DNA from: Felis catus
Lineage: Eukaryota
Reading direction: 5' to 3'
Assembly: GCF_018350175.1 (NCBI RefSeq)
Contig: NC_058368.1
Coordinates: forward strand, 201,998,001-202,062,000
Length of the DNA stretch: 64,000 bases
The notes beneath the pieces were generated by a model. It was not told the DNA's origin and did no database searches. It worked only from the letters and a program-made list of their open reading frames with translations. A program made the translations under genes and the position numbers. Positions 30,189 to 44,232 of the stretch are shown one piece after another (positions within the stretch are counted from its first letter, which is position 1; each line of letters starts with the position of its first letter).

Positions 30189-31579
30189 CTTTTGGTTTGG
30201 CTATGGCATCCTTTTTCCTCCCTATCAACTTATTTCTGGTGCCAAGTGACAATATGATATCAGGATCTGGTCTTCGATTCTTCACGTTTATGTCAAGATG
30301 CCCAGAGAGTTGACTCAGTCACAGTGCTAGTTGGGTCACACAGCAAGAAGTCTGTATACCTTTAAGCCATTTCTAAACTGGGTGGCTAGCAATAACTTGT
30401 CTCTATACCAAAGGGACCACAAAACAGAAAACTATATTATAATAAAGCCCTATGAAATGTATCCTTAACTCAACTTGCTCTTAGGGGGATCCCAGAAACG
30501 CGCCCAGCATGCCATCTGACTTGTGGGAAAGTGAGATACAAGAGCAGTTGGGGTAGATATAAGTGGTCATATTAAATAATTCCAGTTACAGTGTTTACTT
30601 TAGCAAATTTTACAAAAGCATATGTCAAATGCACACACTACGAGCTCCTGTCCCGGGGCCTGAGAATGTGCATCAGTACAAGGCAGGGATCCAGCTTCCT
30701 CTTCTAGTGGGGCAGGTTCTTTTTGTGTGTTGGATGGCGTGTCTGCATTTAAGTGGGTACAAGGCATATCAAGTTGGGGAGCATCTGCTGTTGTTTTAAA
30801 GAATCAGGATGAAGAAAGTTTGCCTGTCACAGTGAGGAGGACTGGAGTGGATATTTGACATATTCAGGGCCCCTGGTTGTATTTGGGAAAGTCTTCTGTA
30901 TTTAGGGAGAGTTCCACATTAGGAATCCTGCCTTCTCTCAAACACTCAGCGTCTCTGGAAGCTAGCAGTCAGGCTCGTGCTCTGGCCTTACACTCCCAGG
31001 TGAGCGACCGATTCGGAGGGGAGCAGAACAGCCCTCCCGCTTGGCTGGTGAAGGGGCTGCAGGGATTGCCAAGGGTCAGCTGCTGACACGCAAGAGGCCT
31101 CAGGGATGGAGGCAGAAGTGGACGCAGGGTACCGAGTCCCTGGCCTTCGTGTTTGATGGGGCAGGCATCAGTGCTCTCCACGAATTCTGGTGTTCCTCAA
31201 AGTTTACCTTGAGTCTATTTTTTCAACAATCCCAAGAAGTACCTGACAAGTTTTAAATGCTTGTTTTTCTGCTTCAACGACTGAGACAGAATTTTGTTGT
31301 TTGCAACAATGCTTGTGCATTACATTTTCACATATTAAAAATGCTCACCCCAACTTACAATAAAACAAATATAAACTGTAAATGCATGCTGTTTTCAACT
31401 GTCAGATTGACAAAGACAGAAATTGTGGTTTGTTGAGTGATACAGGTAAACATATTACATCCTTCCCTCTCGTGTATTACTGTTTGATATAATGTTTTTC
31501 TTCAATAAAAATTTTTAAAAATTAAATAGTGCCTTCCAAAAGAGGTAACCCACATTCCCATTCTCACTTTATGTGTTTC

Positions 31580-31805
31580 TATATTTATGTATTTATTTAT
31601 TTTGAAAGGGAGAGAGGGAGAGAGGGAGAGAGTGTGGGCAAGTGGGGGTGGGGCAGAGAGAGAGAGGGAGGGATAGAATACCAAGCGGGCTCCGCACTGT
31701 CAGCACAGAGCACAATGCAGGCCTCTAACTCATAAACTGTGAGATCATTACCTGAGCCGAAACCAAGAGTCGGACACCCAACTGACTGATCCACCCAGGC
31801 CCCTC
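31580..31805 (-). mobile_element. CanSINE
   Basis: Consensus match. Confidence 0.85.
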
Positions 31806-32247
31806 CCCCTGCCATTCTCATTTTCATACCTTTCTAGGATCCTGTCATATACTTTTCACTCAACAACAGCCTATATCCTAAAAGAAGAAAAAAAATAAAG
31901 ATTTTATAGCATTATTCTACAAACACAAGTTTTAGCAAAAAAAGGAAAAAAGTGTATTTCCTAACTGATTCTCTAAGAAGTAAAAAACAGAGCACACTAG
32001 CAGTAACTATTTTTTTTAAGATACTGCAGGAAACACAAAGATGTATAGAACTATTTTGAGGTACTGAGAAGAGTTGTAATATAGTTGGGAAAGAAGATAT
32101 AATCACATAACCAGTTGAATACTAATAAAATATTTAAATGTAACTTGAAGCCAACAATGAAGGTCAAGTCACAAAGCTATAAATTATTAATTGTCAAATT
32201 AATCCTAGGGACAGTATGAGTTCAGAGGAGACTGTTGGATAATTTAC

Positions 32248-32772
32248 TGTGGTGACACAAGCTACCCTAAAATTTAGTGGATTAAAGTGACAGCGCTATC
32301 TCCCAATCCTGTGGGCCAAGAGTTCGGGCGGGGCTCAGCTGGCCAATTCTTCTCCACGGAATATCAGCTGGGGTCACTGCACGGTACTCAGCTGGGGACT
32401 GACCTTGCCTAAGGCTCCAAGAAGAGACTGTCACAAATGTAGCACCTTCCTGCTCTTTGGCCTCTCTCCACCCGGCATCTCATTGGTCGTGTCCCTCTAT
32501 GCAGTTTGGGCTTCTCACAGCATGTTGATCTCAAAGTAGTCACACGTCTTTCCTGGCGTCTGTCTTGCAAGAACGAGGAGGAAGGAAGAAGATGCTCTTG
32601 TGGTTTGGATTTGGAAACTCACACAATGTTACTTTTGCCATGTTCAATAGACCAGAGAAGTCACAGAGACCAACCAGCCAGCGTGAAGAAGGGAAACACG
32701 GGAGTCTTGTTTCCCCTCAGTACTCCACGTGGTGAGGACTAGTCAAAGTATTTGTGGCCATGTTTAATTCAT
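32248..32772 (-). mobile_element. Old MLT1-type LTR relic
   Basis: CCCTAAAATTTAGTGG...GGGCTCAGCTGGCCAATTCTTCT pattern. Confidence 0.5.
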
Positions 32773-32963
32773 CATGAAAGAAAAGGTCAATTTGGACTAG
32801 AAAGGTCAGAAAAAGCTATACAGGGAAAGTATTACAGACCCTGGTTTCAAAGACTATAGAACGTTTGAAAAAATGAAGTTGAGATAAGGTCAAAAATATG
32901 AACTATCTAAATATAAAGCAGGTAACAATGGGGAAAAGGCTGTCAAAAGACTTAGCAAAACAA

Positions 32964-33168
32964 GGGGTGCCTGGGTGGCTCAGTCGGTTAAGCAGCCAAC
33001 TTCAGCTCAGGTCATGATCTTGCGGTCCGTGAGTTCAAACCCTGCATCAGGCTCTGTGCTGACAGCTCAGAGCCTGGAGCCTGTTTCAGATTCTGTGTCT
33101 CCCTCTCTCTGACCCTCCCCTGTTCATTTTCTGTCTCAAAAATAAATAAAGGCTAAAAAAAAATAAAA
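32964..33168 (+). mobile_element. CanSINE
   Basis: TSD-like AAAAG(A/G)CTTAGCAAAACAA on both sides. Confidence 0.9.
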
Positions 33169-33679
33169 AAAGGCTTAGCAAAACAAGAATTCTATTTCTT
33201 TCTCAATTTATCTTGCTGTAACAACAAAAGCAACTGCCTCAGCTTGGGCAAGTCCCTTTTTCCTGTTCACCAACACATTGATTCAACCGAGAAGATAATT
33301 TTTCCTTAAACAAGGTCAGCTCATCTGAAATAAAGTGAATTTGGGCCTATTTCCCAGGAACACCTGGGGAAGGTCAGTCAATGTTCAGCTTGTTTGGAAA
33401 AGTGCTTGCTGTTCAAACTCTGAAGGTATAGACAAATGATTGTAGTTAATCCTGAGACAGGATTCAGGGCAGCAAGACAGGGATGTGATTTAGTAACCAT
33501 TGATCAGGCAATTTGGGTTTAGCAAGTCTGGTCAAGGTCCCAAGAGAGTCCATGATGTAAAATCTTAATCCTACAGGGTCTCTTATAAGGCTTTGTTTAG
33601 AAAGGGTTGATCATTATAACCATAATTTTCTCACTGAGAAGAATTTTTCCTGAGATTTGTAGTTCATAAATAAGTAGTT

Positions 33680-33710
<31 letters not shown>

Positions 33711-34899
33711 TTAATGTTTATTTTTGAGAGAGTGCAAGTGGGGGAGGGGCAGAGGGAGGGGGACAGAGGATCTGAAGTGGGCTCTTTGCTGACAGCAGCC
33801 AGCAGAAAGTGGGGCTTGAACTCATCACGACCTGAGGGAAGTCTGACCTTCAACTGACTGACCCATCCAGGTGCCCCCCATGCAGCCTATTCTGAACCCA
33901 GTGCCTGGCGCTTGGCAGATTATTTAATATTAACTAATATTAATATGCTTAGTGAATTGTATTACTCATATTCTCTAAACACCAATTTAAATAATCTACA
34001 CTCCTCCGAAATTTTGCCTATATAATACTGAACCGGAAACAGGCATACTTCATAAGTACACCAATTAAAACGTAACCATTCCTCAGTAAAGTGAGCATCG
34101 CTCTCTCTTGTTTAGCGCTTCAGTTTTCAAAATTTGTGTCTCGCATCTTCTTTAATTTTTTTTGACACTGATATAAAATGAACTTATGAGTATCAAATCT
34201 GGCATTCCCAAAACAAAGGAAAAGGGAACAAGATTCATGAGAAATACTTAAACTCTTTTCATGTGTTCTAACACCCTGGAGAATCATAAGGTCTTACTGC
34301 CTCTTATGTTATAACATAGATTTCTCCTCCCCTCTCTGATAGCTTTCAGTTTGACCTTATTTGGTGGGGAGCACTGAAAATCCCAAGCTACAGTCTTGCC
34401 GGGTTAGAAGTAGTATTCTCTTAAAACTGTGTTCGAGTTTGACGAAGGTCAACAGGCTTGTGCCATTTACACAGTATCTGCTTTCGGTAGTTTCTGTTTC
34501 TTGACCTCTAGGTGGCTCCTTAAAAGCTGTTAGGCAAAGCAAACAAAAGGAAAAGAGAAGCAGACTCTGTGGGGCCTTGGGACTCGGAAACCTTAATCTA
34601 GAGAGAACCGGTTAAGCCTTCAGAGACCGGAGGGGAGGGTGTGTGCGATTGGAGAGCAGAGAGTCGTCCGAGATGCAGGGCAGCTGGAGAGCGCCTACCA
34701 CCTGCGCAAACATAAATCCCCTTAATAACCCAGGGATGTCCCGGGGGGAGCGGGAAAGTGTTCTCCATCCTCTCCTGTGTGTCATCAAATAAGTGACCGC
34801 TGCTTCAGACGAACTGCACAGAATAGTCTGTAGATGTATATATATATATATATATATATGTGTGCACACATTAGGAGTTTCAAGCTCTCCTCCCGGACA

Positions 34900-35750
34900 C
34901 GGGCTAGACATCACCTGCCGCGTCTGTAGCAGGCTCCCTCCCAGCCCTACCAGAGCCGGGAGGGCGGAGGCAGGAGAGGCTGCGGCGCGGAGGTGGCCAC
35001 TGCACAGCCGGACGCGCCTGCCGCGGCCAGCGTGCTGCATAATTGATGGAGGACCGCGGGCAGCCCTGGGTCGGAGGCGGGCGCGGCGAGAGCGTCTCAG
35101 GGGAGGAGGGCAGGGCGCCTGGGCCCCTCCCACTCTGCTTTTAGTCGCGAGCCCCGCCCCGGGGACTAGCTGCTGGCGCCGGGGTACCGGCGACTGTGCG
35201 CAGGGCCTTCGGCCACCGACGGCGGTGCGCGAGGACCGCGGCTGACCCGCCGGAGCCATGCGCGCCCCGTCCGGCCTGCTGGGGCCCCGGGCAGCGCTGC
35301 CGCTGGCCCTCTTGTGTCTCCTCGCCGCGACGCGCGGGAGCTTGGCGGACGGCCAGCCTTCAGGTGCGATGGCTGCAGGGCCGAGTTGGGAGGAGGGTGC
35401 GCTGCAAGGGACGCGCGAGCCTCGGTCCCCGTGGGGAGAGGCGTTGGTGGGGAGAGGCGCGGGGATGCTGGAGACCGCGCGCGGGTGCGCAGCGGCGGTC
35501 GCCTCCGTCCTTTGGCCAGCTTGGGTTGTCCAAGCTGGACGGGAGGATTGGGGCGGCTCGGGCTCCTCCGCTCCGGGGAGGGAATCTTGGAACCGAGAGC
35601 GCCCCGCGAGTCGGGGGCGTTGGTAGCCGGACGGGTCTGGGTGTTCCTGGGACGAGGGCGGCACGGTGTGGGGGTGCGAGCGGGAGCAAGGAACTCGCTC
35701 CGCTAAAGTGCCAGGATTTCTGAAAGCCACATTCCCCGAGGCCAACTCCC
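34900..35750 (+). promoter_or_regulatory. EMB: CpG-island promoter of EMB with GC boxes
   Basis: Sharp rise in GC and CpG against an AT-rich background; GGGCGG/CCGCCC boxes near 34962 and 35155; overlaps exon 1. Confidence 0.88.
35258..35363 (+). CDS. EMB: Embigin coding exon 1 (signal peptide), MRAPSGLLGPRAALPLALLCLLAATRGSLADGQPS plus 1 nt
   Basis: GAGCCATGC start inside a CpG island. Hydrophobic signal peptide resembling recalled human EMB N-terminus (MRALPGLLEARA...LLAAARPSSADG). Donor CAG|GTGCGA after 35363; 106 nt, phase 1, which matches the phase of the exon 2 copies. Confidence 0.9.
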
Positions 35751-36549
35751 TTCGCTGGAATCGGTAGTCGGTTTAAATATCACCTCCCTGCCTGGCAGGT
35801 GGGCTGGACTTGAAGATGTTTTTTAGAGCTGAGTTGAAATAACAACGTAACCACAACCGATCAACCAAAGCCCCCCGCTCATTGGGTAGTGTATCTTCTT
35901 TTAAACACCACGGTCTCTGAAAACGAAGGTTTTGCGAGTTTTGTTTTAATTTTTTCAGACACTTTGAAACAGGGATCTGTGTGCAAAACATTACCGAAAC
36001 CAACACCAGATTTGGCATTGTAGTTTCACCTGTTTATAATCACTTGCCATGTTGAAAGTATTTCATCCAACCTACTTTCTAATGCAGGTTTCTGTGTTAC
36101 AAATTTCAAAGTGTTAGCAGCTAATTAGGAGAATAGACTGCCTTTCAGGTTGACAGGTACTGCCTATCACCAACTAAAATTAAGATAGTATACACAAGAT
36201 TTTCCACCTTCATGAGCTTATAGCATGTAGATTTTTTTTTTTGTAACATAAAGATGGAAAGATAATCAAAGGATAAGATTTTTCAGTTTTTTACATGTCC
36301 TTTAAAGGGTCTAGTTGTTAACTTGGACAAAGCATTATGGATTGCTTCAGTTCCTAAATTTCCTTGCCCCACTTCCTAGCCACGTACCTCTTTTTCATTC
36401 CTACCACTTATAAAGATTGGTCAAGGACTTTTTACCCCCACCCCCACCCCCCACCCCACCCCCCACCCCACCCCCGTTACATTCCTGATTCACCCCTGGT
36501 TCACCTGAGACTGTTGCAGCTCTGAGGCCCATTGCATTCTGGGTAAGTC

Positions 36550-36725
36550 CTATGGTTCTCCACGTGGTTGTATGTTAAAATTATCTGGGAGCTTTACAAA
36601 TACTGGATCCTGCCCTCAAAACTTTTGATTCAGTTGGCCTGGGATTTGGGCTGGACATCAGGTATTTTGAAAGCTCCCGTATGATTTAATCAAGAGATCC
36701 TAAGCTGGTTTTCAACCCACTGCTT
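36550..36725. mobile_element. MER5A-like relic
   Basis: TGGTTCTC...TGATTCAGTTGGCCTGGGATTTGGGC pattern; a similar relic lies at about 18260-18370. Confidence 0.55.
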
Positions 36726-37849
36726 TAAAATTGCGGTGGCCTAGAGAGTGCACCATTGGGTGAATATTTATATGCTGTTGGTAGCAGGGAGTCAGGTTTA
36801 CGTTGACATTCAGAGCAGACTTCTAAAGAGAAAAAAGTAGGGAACAAATGAAAGTGGGCTAAATTAACAAAGTTGTAAATAATTGGGATGGTGTATGTAG
36901 GTATGGCAATTGTCTGTGTATGTATATAGTGTCAGTCCTGGCCTTTCACCTCCGCTTAGGCGAAAACTGTAGAATGATGTGCTGTATAAAAGGCATGAAG
37001 TTAGCATCTCATTTTAAGGCAGGATTAAAAATCATGAAGCAACCTCATTTTATTCTATAGAATCTCTTTTGATCTCTGGGAGATTCAGTTTTCTGTTTGC
37101 TAAAGGCTATTGTGAAGTTTACTGACTATTTTTTATGTAGGTACTTTGAATTACTTGGAAATAGGTATTCTATAAGCCTAAGAGTTTGGGCAAAATTTTA
37201 ATAATAAACGTGGTTATAATTTATCATATTTACTATATAACAAGTGGGCCAGGCATTACACTGTGCAGTATATAACCCTATGGGTTAGCTTTTATTGTCC
37301 CTGACTTTCAGATGAGGACATTGGAATTTAGGGAGATTAAACAACTGCCCAAGTATATATAATTATTTAAGCAGTAGAATAGGAAATTAAGCATTGTTCA
37401 GTCTGACTCCAATGACTGTTTTCTTTATTTTTTAATTTTTTAAAGTAAGCTCTAAGCCCAATGTGGGGCATGAATTGTGACCCTGAGATGAAGGGTCACA
37501 TGCTCTACCAACTGAGCCAGCCAGGAGCCCCCTCCAATATCTGTTTTCTTAAACACAATATTCACTCGTCTCTCTGAGATAACTGGATATGTCTATGAAA
37601 GTTTGGAACCACTGACAGAACACGGTGTATGGATTTAAATGCTTGATTTCAGCTGAAGAGCATGCTAACACACTTTGAGTTCTAGAATAAAGTTAGACAA
37701 AGGGACTCACTTTAATTCTTTTAAGCTGTTTCAATTAAATAAGAAATGTAAAATCACTTTATTAAAGCAAATATTAGATAAATGGGAATATTTAAACATC
37801 ATTAATATTACTCTTATGTGGAACAAATTGAGGGGATGGGTCATGTGTA

Positions 37850-38066
37850 TTTTTTTTTAATTTTTTTTTTACATTTATTTATTTTTGATAGAGACAGAGC
37901 ACAAGTGAGGGAGGGGCAGAGAGAGAAGGAGACACAGAATCCAAAGCAGGCTCCAGGCTCTGAGCTGTCAGCACAGAGCCCGACACGGGGCTTGAACCCA
38001 CAAACTGTGAGATCGTGACCTGAGGTAAAGTCGGACGCTTAACTGACTGAGCCACCCAGGTGCCCT
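37850..38066 (-). mobile_element. CanSINE in EMB intron 1
   Basis: Consensus match. Confidence 0.9.
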
Positions 38067-39059
38067 GGGTTGTGTTTATCTTTTGAAAAATATGTTTGCA
38101 AGGGAAACATTTGAAGTGATCATTTTTAACTTCTGGGGGACATTGCTTATATACTTTCTTGACTAACCACCTTCCTAGAGATAGGAAGGGATCAAGAGAT
38201 CTCTTGATAGGAAGAGGTAGGAAGAGATAGGAAGAGCTCAACTACCTTTCTATAGATACTCCCCATCCCACATATACAGCAACCACCTAGTAATAAATAT
38301 TTGTGAGAACGGGTATTATTGAAGCACCTACACGTGCCTGACATTGTGTTAGTCTAGATCTAAGTAGAAAACTTCAGCAATATTTTTTTAGCAGTTTTGA
38401 GTCATTTCCTTAAACTGTTTAAAGGAACAGATTAACTATAAGCTTATGTTTAATAGAGTTATATCTGATGCATCAAACTTTTGAGCCTAAATTATCATCA
38501 CATTTAAAATTATATAAGCATTTGTTAAGAATTAGTTCTTGGCTCTACCTCTTCCTGTTCTTTGGTCCCCACCTCTTGCTGCCATCTCCTCCTCTTCCTT
38601 CTAGGAATGGGTTCTATAGTCATTAGGTTGGGGAATGCGGGGAGGCAAGCTCCCTTATTAGAGGAAGCCAGAGGGTCCCAGGTCAGGGAATTAGAAAGTG
38701 GGCCAGGTCAGGATGGCATCCAGGTAGGGGAGCAGCTTCGTGTGGAGTGTTAGAGCCCGAGTACGTTGAGATGTGTCCTCCTGCAAAGGGGTGGCCTAGA
38801 GCCAGGTCTCAGAGCTGAACAGCGTGACAGGGGCTTCAAAGCAGGGGCAGCCGGACATTGTGCTGTCTGATCTTGATCAGGGGGGTGTAGGGAAAGCACA
38901 CAGAAGAGCCAACAGTGCAAGATGTTGGAGCCCAAATGGGTGAGGAAAACATTTCTTTGGGGCCAGGAGTGGCTGTGGCAGTGGGAGATTAGTTACATAC
39001 AAGAGGACTGAGCAAATAAGTAGAATGAGTAAGAATAATAGGATGTAGGTTTTTCTCTT

Positions 39060-40330
39060 ACAGCAGAAGGAAATAAAGAGGGGAAACTAGAATGAACCTT
39101 GCAGTGTTGGGTTGCAGTTGACAGCATTAGCGTGAATTCATGACTTTAAATCTATTTGTCTTTTATGTGTGTGTCTATATAAACAGATGCATAGATATAG
39201 ATGTGTGTATGTAAGTATACATATAACGCATATACATCACATATATTTATATATGTATGTATGTTATACTTTTCACATATATTTATTTACGGTGTGTGTG
39301 TGTGTGTGTGTGAATATACACATGCATTAGCTCTGCCCACAGAGGTGGGGACCACTGATTTCTCAATTGTGACGACCATACTTAGCAGCCAAATCTTGAC
39401 TCTATATACGATTCTTTACTAATGGGTAACTAGGACTTCCTGGAAAAATGACTTATTTTACAAAAAGGGAAGAGAAAGTGTAAGATAAACCCTGAACTTC
39501 TTGTGCCAGAAAGCAATGAAGTGCTCAAAGAATGATGGGCCGTGTCAAAAAGATACAAGAGCTAGAGAGTTCCCAGTGGACAAACCTGGGACAAATTGAG
39601 CATCCAAATAAATGATAATAATAATGGACTAGTATCCATTAGTATCCACTGGAGAATGCCCACTGAATAATATAGGTATTCATGAGTACATACTGATATA
39701 AATTAATTAAATGAATCAATTGGAAGTTTGATGAGGCACAAAATATTACATAATTTTAAAGTAACTTCCCACAAAATTGGTGAAGTTGTATTCATGAAAA
39801 GGTAAAGAGAACAACTTTACAGTGGAGAAGGCTTTAATCAAATGATCAAAGTGAAAACCATCAGCAAAGAGAGGATTAAAAATTGTGAGCCATGTGAGAG
39901 GATACAATGAGAGCACAACATCACCTCTGTGATATATTTGCCAAAGAGGTCTACTCCAAATCTAATCATATTCAACATACCTATCCTGGAGCCATACTGG
40001 TCATAGAAGTCAAGAATGACTAACGCTGTTCCAGAGTGAAGGGGAACAGAGGGACGCGGCAGCTGAGAGCAACATGTAATTCTGAACTGCAACCTTTGGC
40101 TAAAAAACACATTTTAAGGACTTTTGTTGAAACTTCAATGAGATGTGGGATGAGATGGTAATAGCATAAATGTTAATTTCCCAATTTTAATGGCATTGTG
40201 GGATGCTGTGAGGGTTATGTCCTTTGTAAGGAATGTATAGTAACGTTTCAGAGGGGAATAGGTCATCAGGTCATCAGCTTGTTCTCACATGGTTCAGGGG
40301 AAAAATTTTCTGTGCTTGAAACTCTTCTCT
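39060..40330 (+). mobile_element. Ancient L1M-type 3'UTR relic
   Basis: Degenerate text resembling old L1MC/ME 3' ends; recognised from memory only. Confidence 0.5.
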
Positions 40331-40373
40331 TTGAGATCGTTTGAAAAGAAGGAAAAAGAATTTCAACTCTTGA

Positions 40374-40531
40374 GGCCTGGGTGACTCAGTTGCTTAAGCA
40401 TCCGACTGTTGATTTCAGCTCAGGTCATGATCTCACAATTTGAGTTTGAGCCCTGAATTGGGCTGTCAGTGCAGAGCCTCCCTGGGATTCTCTCTATCTC
40501 CCTCTCACTATCTCTACCCCTTCCCCATTCA

Positions 40532-40594
<63 letters not shown>

Positions 40595-41420
40595 AACAAA
40601 CAAACAAACAAACAAACAAACTTAAAGAAAAAAAGAATTTCAACTCTTTCTGGGAAAGCTTTAGTTAACATTGACATTAAACCACAATGAGATTTGAGAA
40701 ACTGTCATTAGTTTATGTAATTAAGTATCATTTTTCAAAGGAGTTTTTGTCCTTAAACAGATTGTAAGTGTGGAGGCTGTTCATCCTACAGTATATTCTT
40801 TTGAAATTACTTTTGTATCACTGGCCTCCATATTTCACAATATAATGTGAACCATAGAAATAAAAAACAAGACACACACAGTGACATAGAAGGAAAAAAC
40901 CTCAGAGCACCTGGCTGGCTCAGTCGGTAGAGCACGTGACTCTTGATCTCAGAGTTGTAAGTTTGAGTCCTATGCTGGGTGCAGATTACTTAAAATAAAA
41001 TCTTGAAAAGAAAAGAAAAAAACCTCACAATATTCTATGAAAATAATAAACCCCCTACTCCTGATAAGACATAGTCACTGTTCACATATAATATCTCAAA
41101 TAGTATATTGTTAGAAATAATAGATGTTATCTTTGAAAATGGTGTTTTTCCTTTAATCAGAAATAATGTTTTTCTGCAATTTTTAAAGCTGTGATTATAT
41201 TGGGGCGCCTGGGTGGCTTGGTCAGTTAGCATCTGACTTTGACTCAGGTCATGACCTCACAGTTCGTGGGTTTGAGCCCTGCATCAGGCTCTGTGCTGAC
41301 AGCTCAGAGCCTGGAGCCTGCTTTGGATTCTGTGTCTCCCTCTCTCTCTGCCCCTCCCCCACTCACACTCTGTCTTTCTCTGTCTCAAAAATAAATAAAC
41401 ATTAAAAAAATTATTTTTAA
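40374..41420 (+). mobile_element. Three CanSINEs (about 40374-40630, 40905-41020, 41202-41420)
   Basis: Heads and tails present; TSDs AAAAAGAATTTCAACTCTT and AAAG(C/T)TGTGATTATATT. Confidence 0.85.
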
Positions 41421-41954
41421 AAAGTTGTGATTATATTATTACTAATGTATCTTCACTCCAAAGATAGAATCTTTTTTTTTTCAATAGCCTTATAATTACA
41501 TAGTTCTGACATCCTGAAAGGGAATTTAGATACATCATTTGATTGATCTTGAAGCCCAAGTGCTTTCCTCATGTAGCCAAGAGGCTGGAGCTAGCTAATA
41601 GCTATAATAGATTTCCTGGTTTGTGTTTCAAAACTCCTTCCAGCCCTTAGTGCCTGTCTGTGAAAGGTCCTCAAAAGGCCCCTGGCAGGAGGGTGTGGCT
41701 GGCAAAAAAGGTGGCAAGAGATGTTCTTGCTTTAAAATATCTACACCTAAAGTGTGTAGAACAGGACCTGAGGGCCACAGGGCCATTTGAAGATTACTAA
41801 AAATAATCACATTGAAGAATCAGAAGTAAGGAGGTACCTGTTTTGAAATCAAGGTTTCTCAACCTTGGCATTATGACTTTTGGGGCTTGATAATTCTCTA
41901 TTGTGGGGGGCTGTCATTTTAGAATGCCCAGCAGCATCGCTGGCCTCTCCTATA

Positions 41955-42410
41955 TCATGAGTTGTGTCTCCAAAAAAGATACGTTCAAGTACTGGCTGTT
42001 GGTACCCATGAATGTGACCTCATTTGAGAGTAGGGTCTTTGTAGATGTAATCGAGTTAAAAGGAGGTCATAGGAGATTAAGATAGACCCTTAACCCAATG
42101 ACTGTGGTCTTTGTGAAAGAAACAAGAGAGATTTGAATACAGAGATAGACACACACAGAAGAAAGATGGCCCTGTGAAGACAGAGCCAGAGATTGGGCTG
42201 ATGCAGCTATCAGCCAACGAATGCCAAGGATTACGGGCAACCACCAACAGCCAGGGAGAGGCAAGGATTCTTCTCTAAAGCCTGCAGAAGGGGCAAAGCC
42301 CTGCACCTTGATTTCAGCCTTCTAGCCTCTAGAAATGTGAGAGGATAAACTTCTGTTGTGGTAATTTGCTACATTGTGGTAATTTGTGTGGCATTACTAG
42401 AAAACTACTG
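41955..42410 (+). mobile_element. MaLR LTR (MLT1B/C-like)
   Basis: GAATGTGACCTCATTTG...AGGGTCTTTGTAGATGTAATC...ATAAACTTCTGTTGT. Confidence 0.75.
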
Positions 42411-44010
42411 TAACCTATTAGATACAAGTGGTAACGGCCTCCATTTTGTGACCTCCGGAATGTCGGGTGGCCTGTGGAGGCAAAGGTCAGCCCAAGCTGA
42501 CAACCACTGAACAGAATGTAAGTCTCATTAAAGAATAATCTAGTGGGTGACACATTCGACAAACCCACAGTCAAACCTTGGGGGGTTTATTTTTTAAGAG
42601 TTTTTTTTGGCCTAAGTTTCACTGTTAAAATATCTTACTGGCCATTTAGAGGTAGTTTGAAACAAGAGTTTTCACACTGCCCTTCAAAATATATTTTGTT
42701 GTGAAAATCATATTTAAAAGAAATGAGAGGATCAATTTGTTTATATTTCAATGTGGCCACGTTTTAAAAACAGTTTTACAAGTCTCTGTAGAAGAGCACA
42801 CTGTTCTTCCCATTAGGCTTTTTAATTGTTCTTCAGCTTTTTGTTTGTTTGTCTGTTTTTGCTGGTCTAAAAATGGCCTTTTTGTCCAATGGTTCTCATT
42901 CTATGTAGAAAAAATATGAGTTCCCTGTTTGTTTTTTTATCTGTCCCTGACTTAGAAAGTCTGACTTGTAAATGTCCCCATCAGGAATTTATTTTTTGTC
43001 AAACCTTCTTTTCTCTTTTGACAAACTCTCTCTGGATTATGTGTCTGGGATCAATATAGTCTTATTCTCCTCTTCTTTCTACTATTCCTGTTACAGGCAG
43101 GGGATAGGAATACCATATTCCTTGAATCCAGAAGTAAAATTCTAAAAGCACTGTTTATTAGAAATATTGGTAATTCGATATTTTAATGCTATAGTTTAGT
43201 CATATCATGGCTTAAAAGGCTTTTGCAATTTGGCATGGGATCTCATGGTTATATATAGCATTGCTTTCATGAGGAAATATATTCTGAGTTCCAAACCTCT
43301 GTTGTATAAATAGTATATATTATCCATTCCTAGGTTATAGTCTTTTTGTAATTGGGCTGCACGTTTATAATGCTGTGTATCAGACAACGCTAAAATTAAG
43401 ATTTATTAAAAACAAAGTTATACATATTGATAGCAATCAACACATTATTTGGAGGAGAGAGAAAAAGAGAGAGAATGATATTTATCCTAATAATGGCTTT
43501 TACTTACACCTTTCTCTAAATGAAGTCCTTCCAAGATTGTAAAATATAATAAAGAGATTGGGGGGGGGAGGGATTTAGAGAAAATGCTTATTCTTAAACA
43601 GAGGTATGGTTGAACTTATTTTCTGATACAGGTGAAAGCAAATCTTAAGACCCAATGCAGTGTTCTAGTGTTACTTACCCTCTTCTTTATCTTCCCAATT
43701 TACTTCAATTAAAATGGAGCTCCAGAATTAAATATGTGAAAATGTTACCTTAATATTTTAAGTAGAAATTAGAACATGTTTATTTCATTTAAAAATGTTA
43801 ATAGTATAAATTATAAACCCATCTAGCAATGTCTATTTTAAAATATAATATGTGAAAGATATTTAAGTAGAGACCATTTTGCTATCTTACATGAACCTAA
43901 CAATAGTTGAAAATTAGGATGTTACTCAGTTCTTTGCTGCAACACCCTCATGTCCCATTGCCCCTGTAGAGGGAGAAAAATCTTTAATCCTTAGAAAAAC
44001 TATTAGATGT

Positions 44011-44232
44011 GGGGTGCCTAGGTGGCTCGGTCAGTTGAGCATCTGACTTTGGCTCAGGTCATGATCTCGTGGTCCGTGAGTTCAAGCCCCGTGTCGGGCT
44101 CTGTGCTGACAGCTCTGAGCCTGGAGCCTGTTTCAGATTCTGTGTCTCCCTCTCTCTCTGCCCACCCCTACTTGTGCTCTGTTTCTGTCTTGCAAAAATG
44201 AATAAACATTAAAAAATTAAAAAAAAAAAAGA
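44011..44232 (+). mobile_element. CanSINE
   Basis: TSD AAAAACTATTAGATGT on both sides. Confidence 0.9.

Noticed and set aside
35364..35626. Continuation of the 122-aa ORF beyond DGQPS
   Set aside because: Read-through into intron 1 past the CAG|GTGCGA donor; similarity to embigin ends there.
34612..35745. 377-aa minus-strand ORF and other overlapping ORFs
   Set aside because: Expected from stop-codon scarcity in a CpG island. The product is low-complexity (Arg/Pro/Ala/Gly), runs through a (TA)n tract and is antisense to EMB exon 1.
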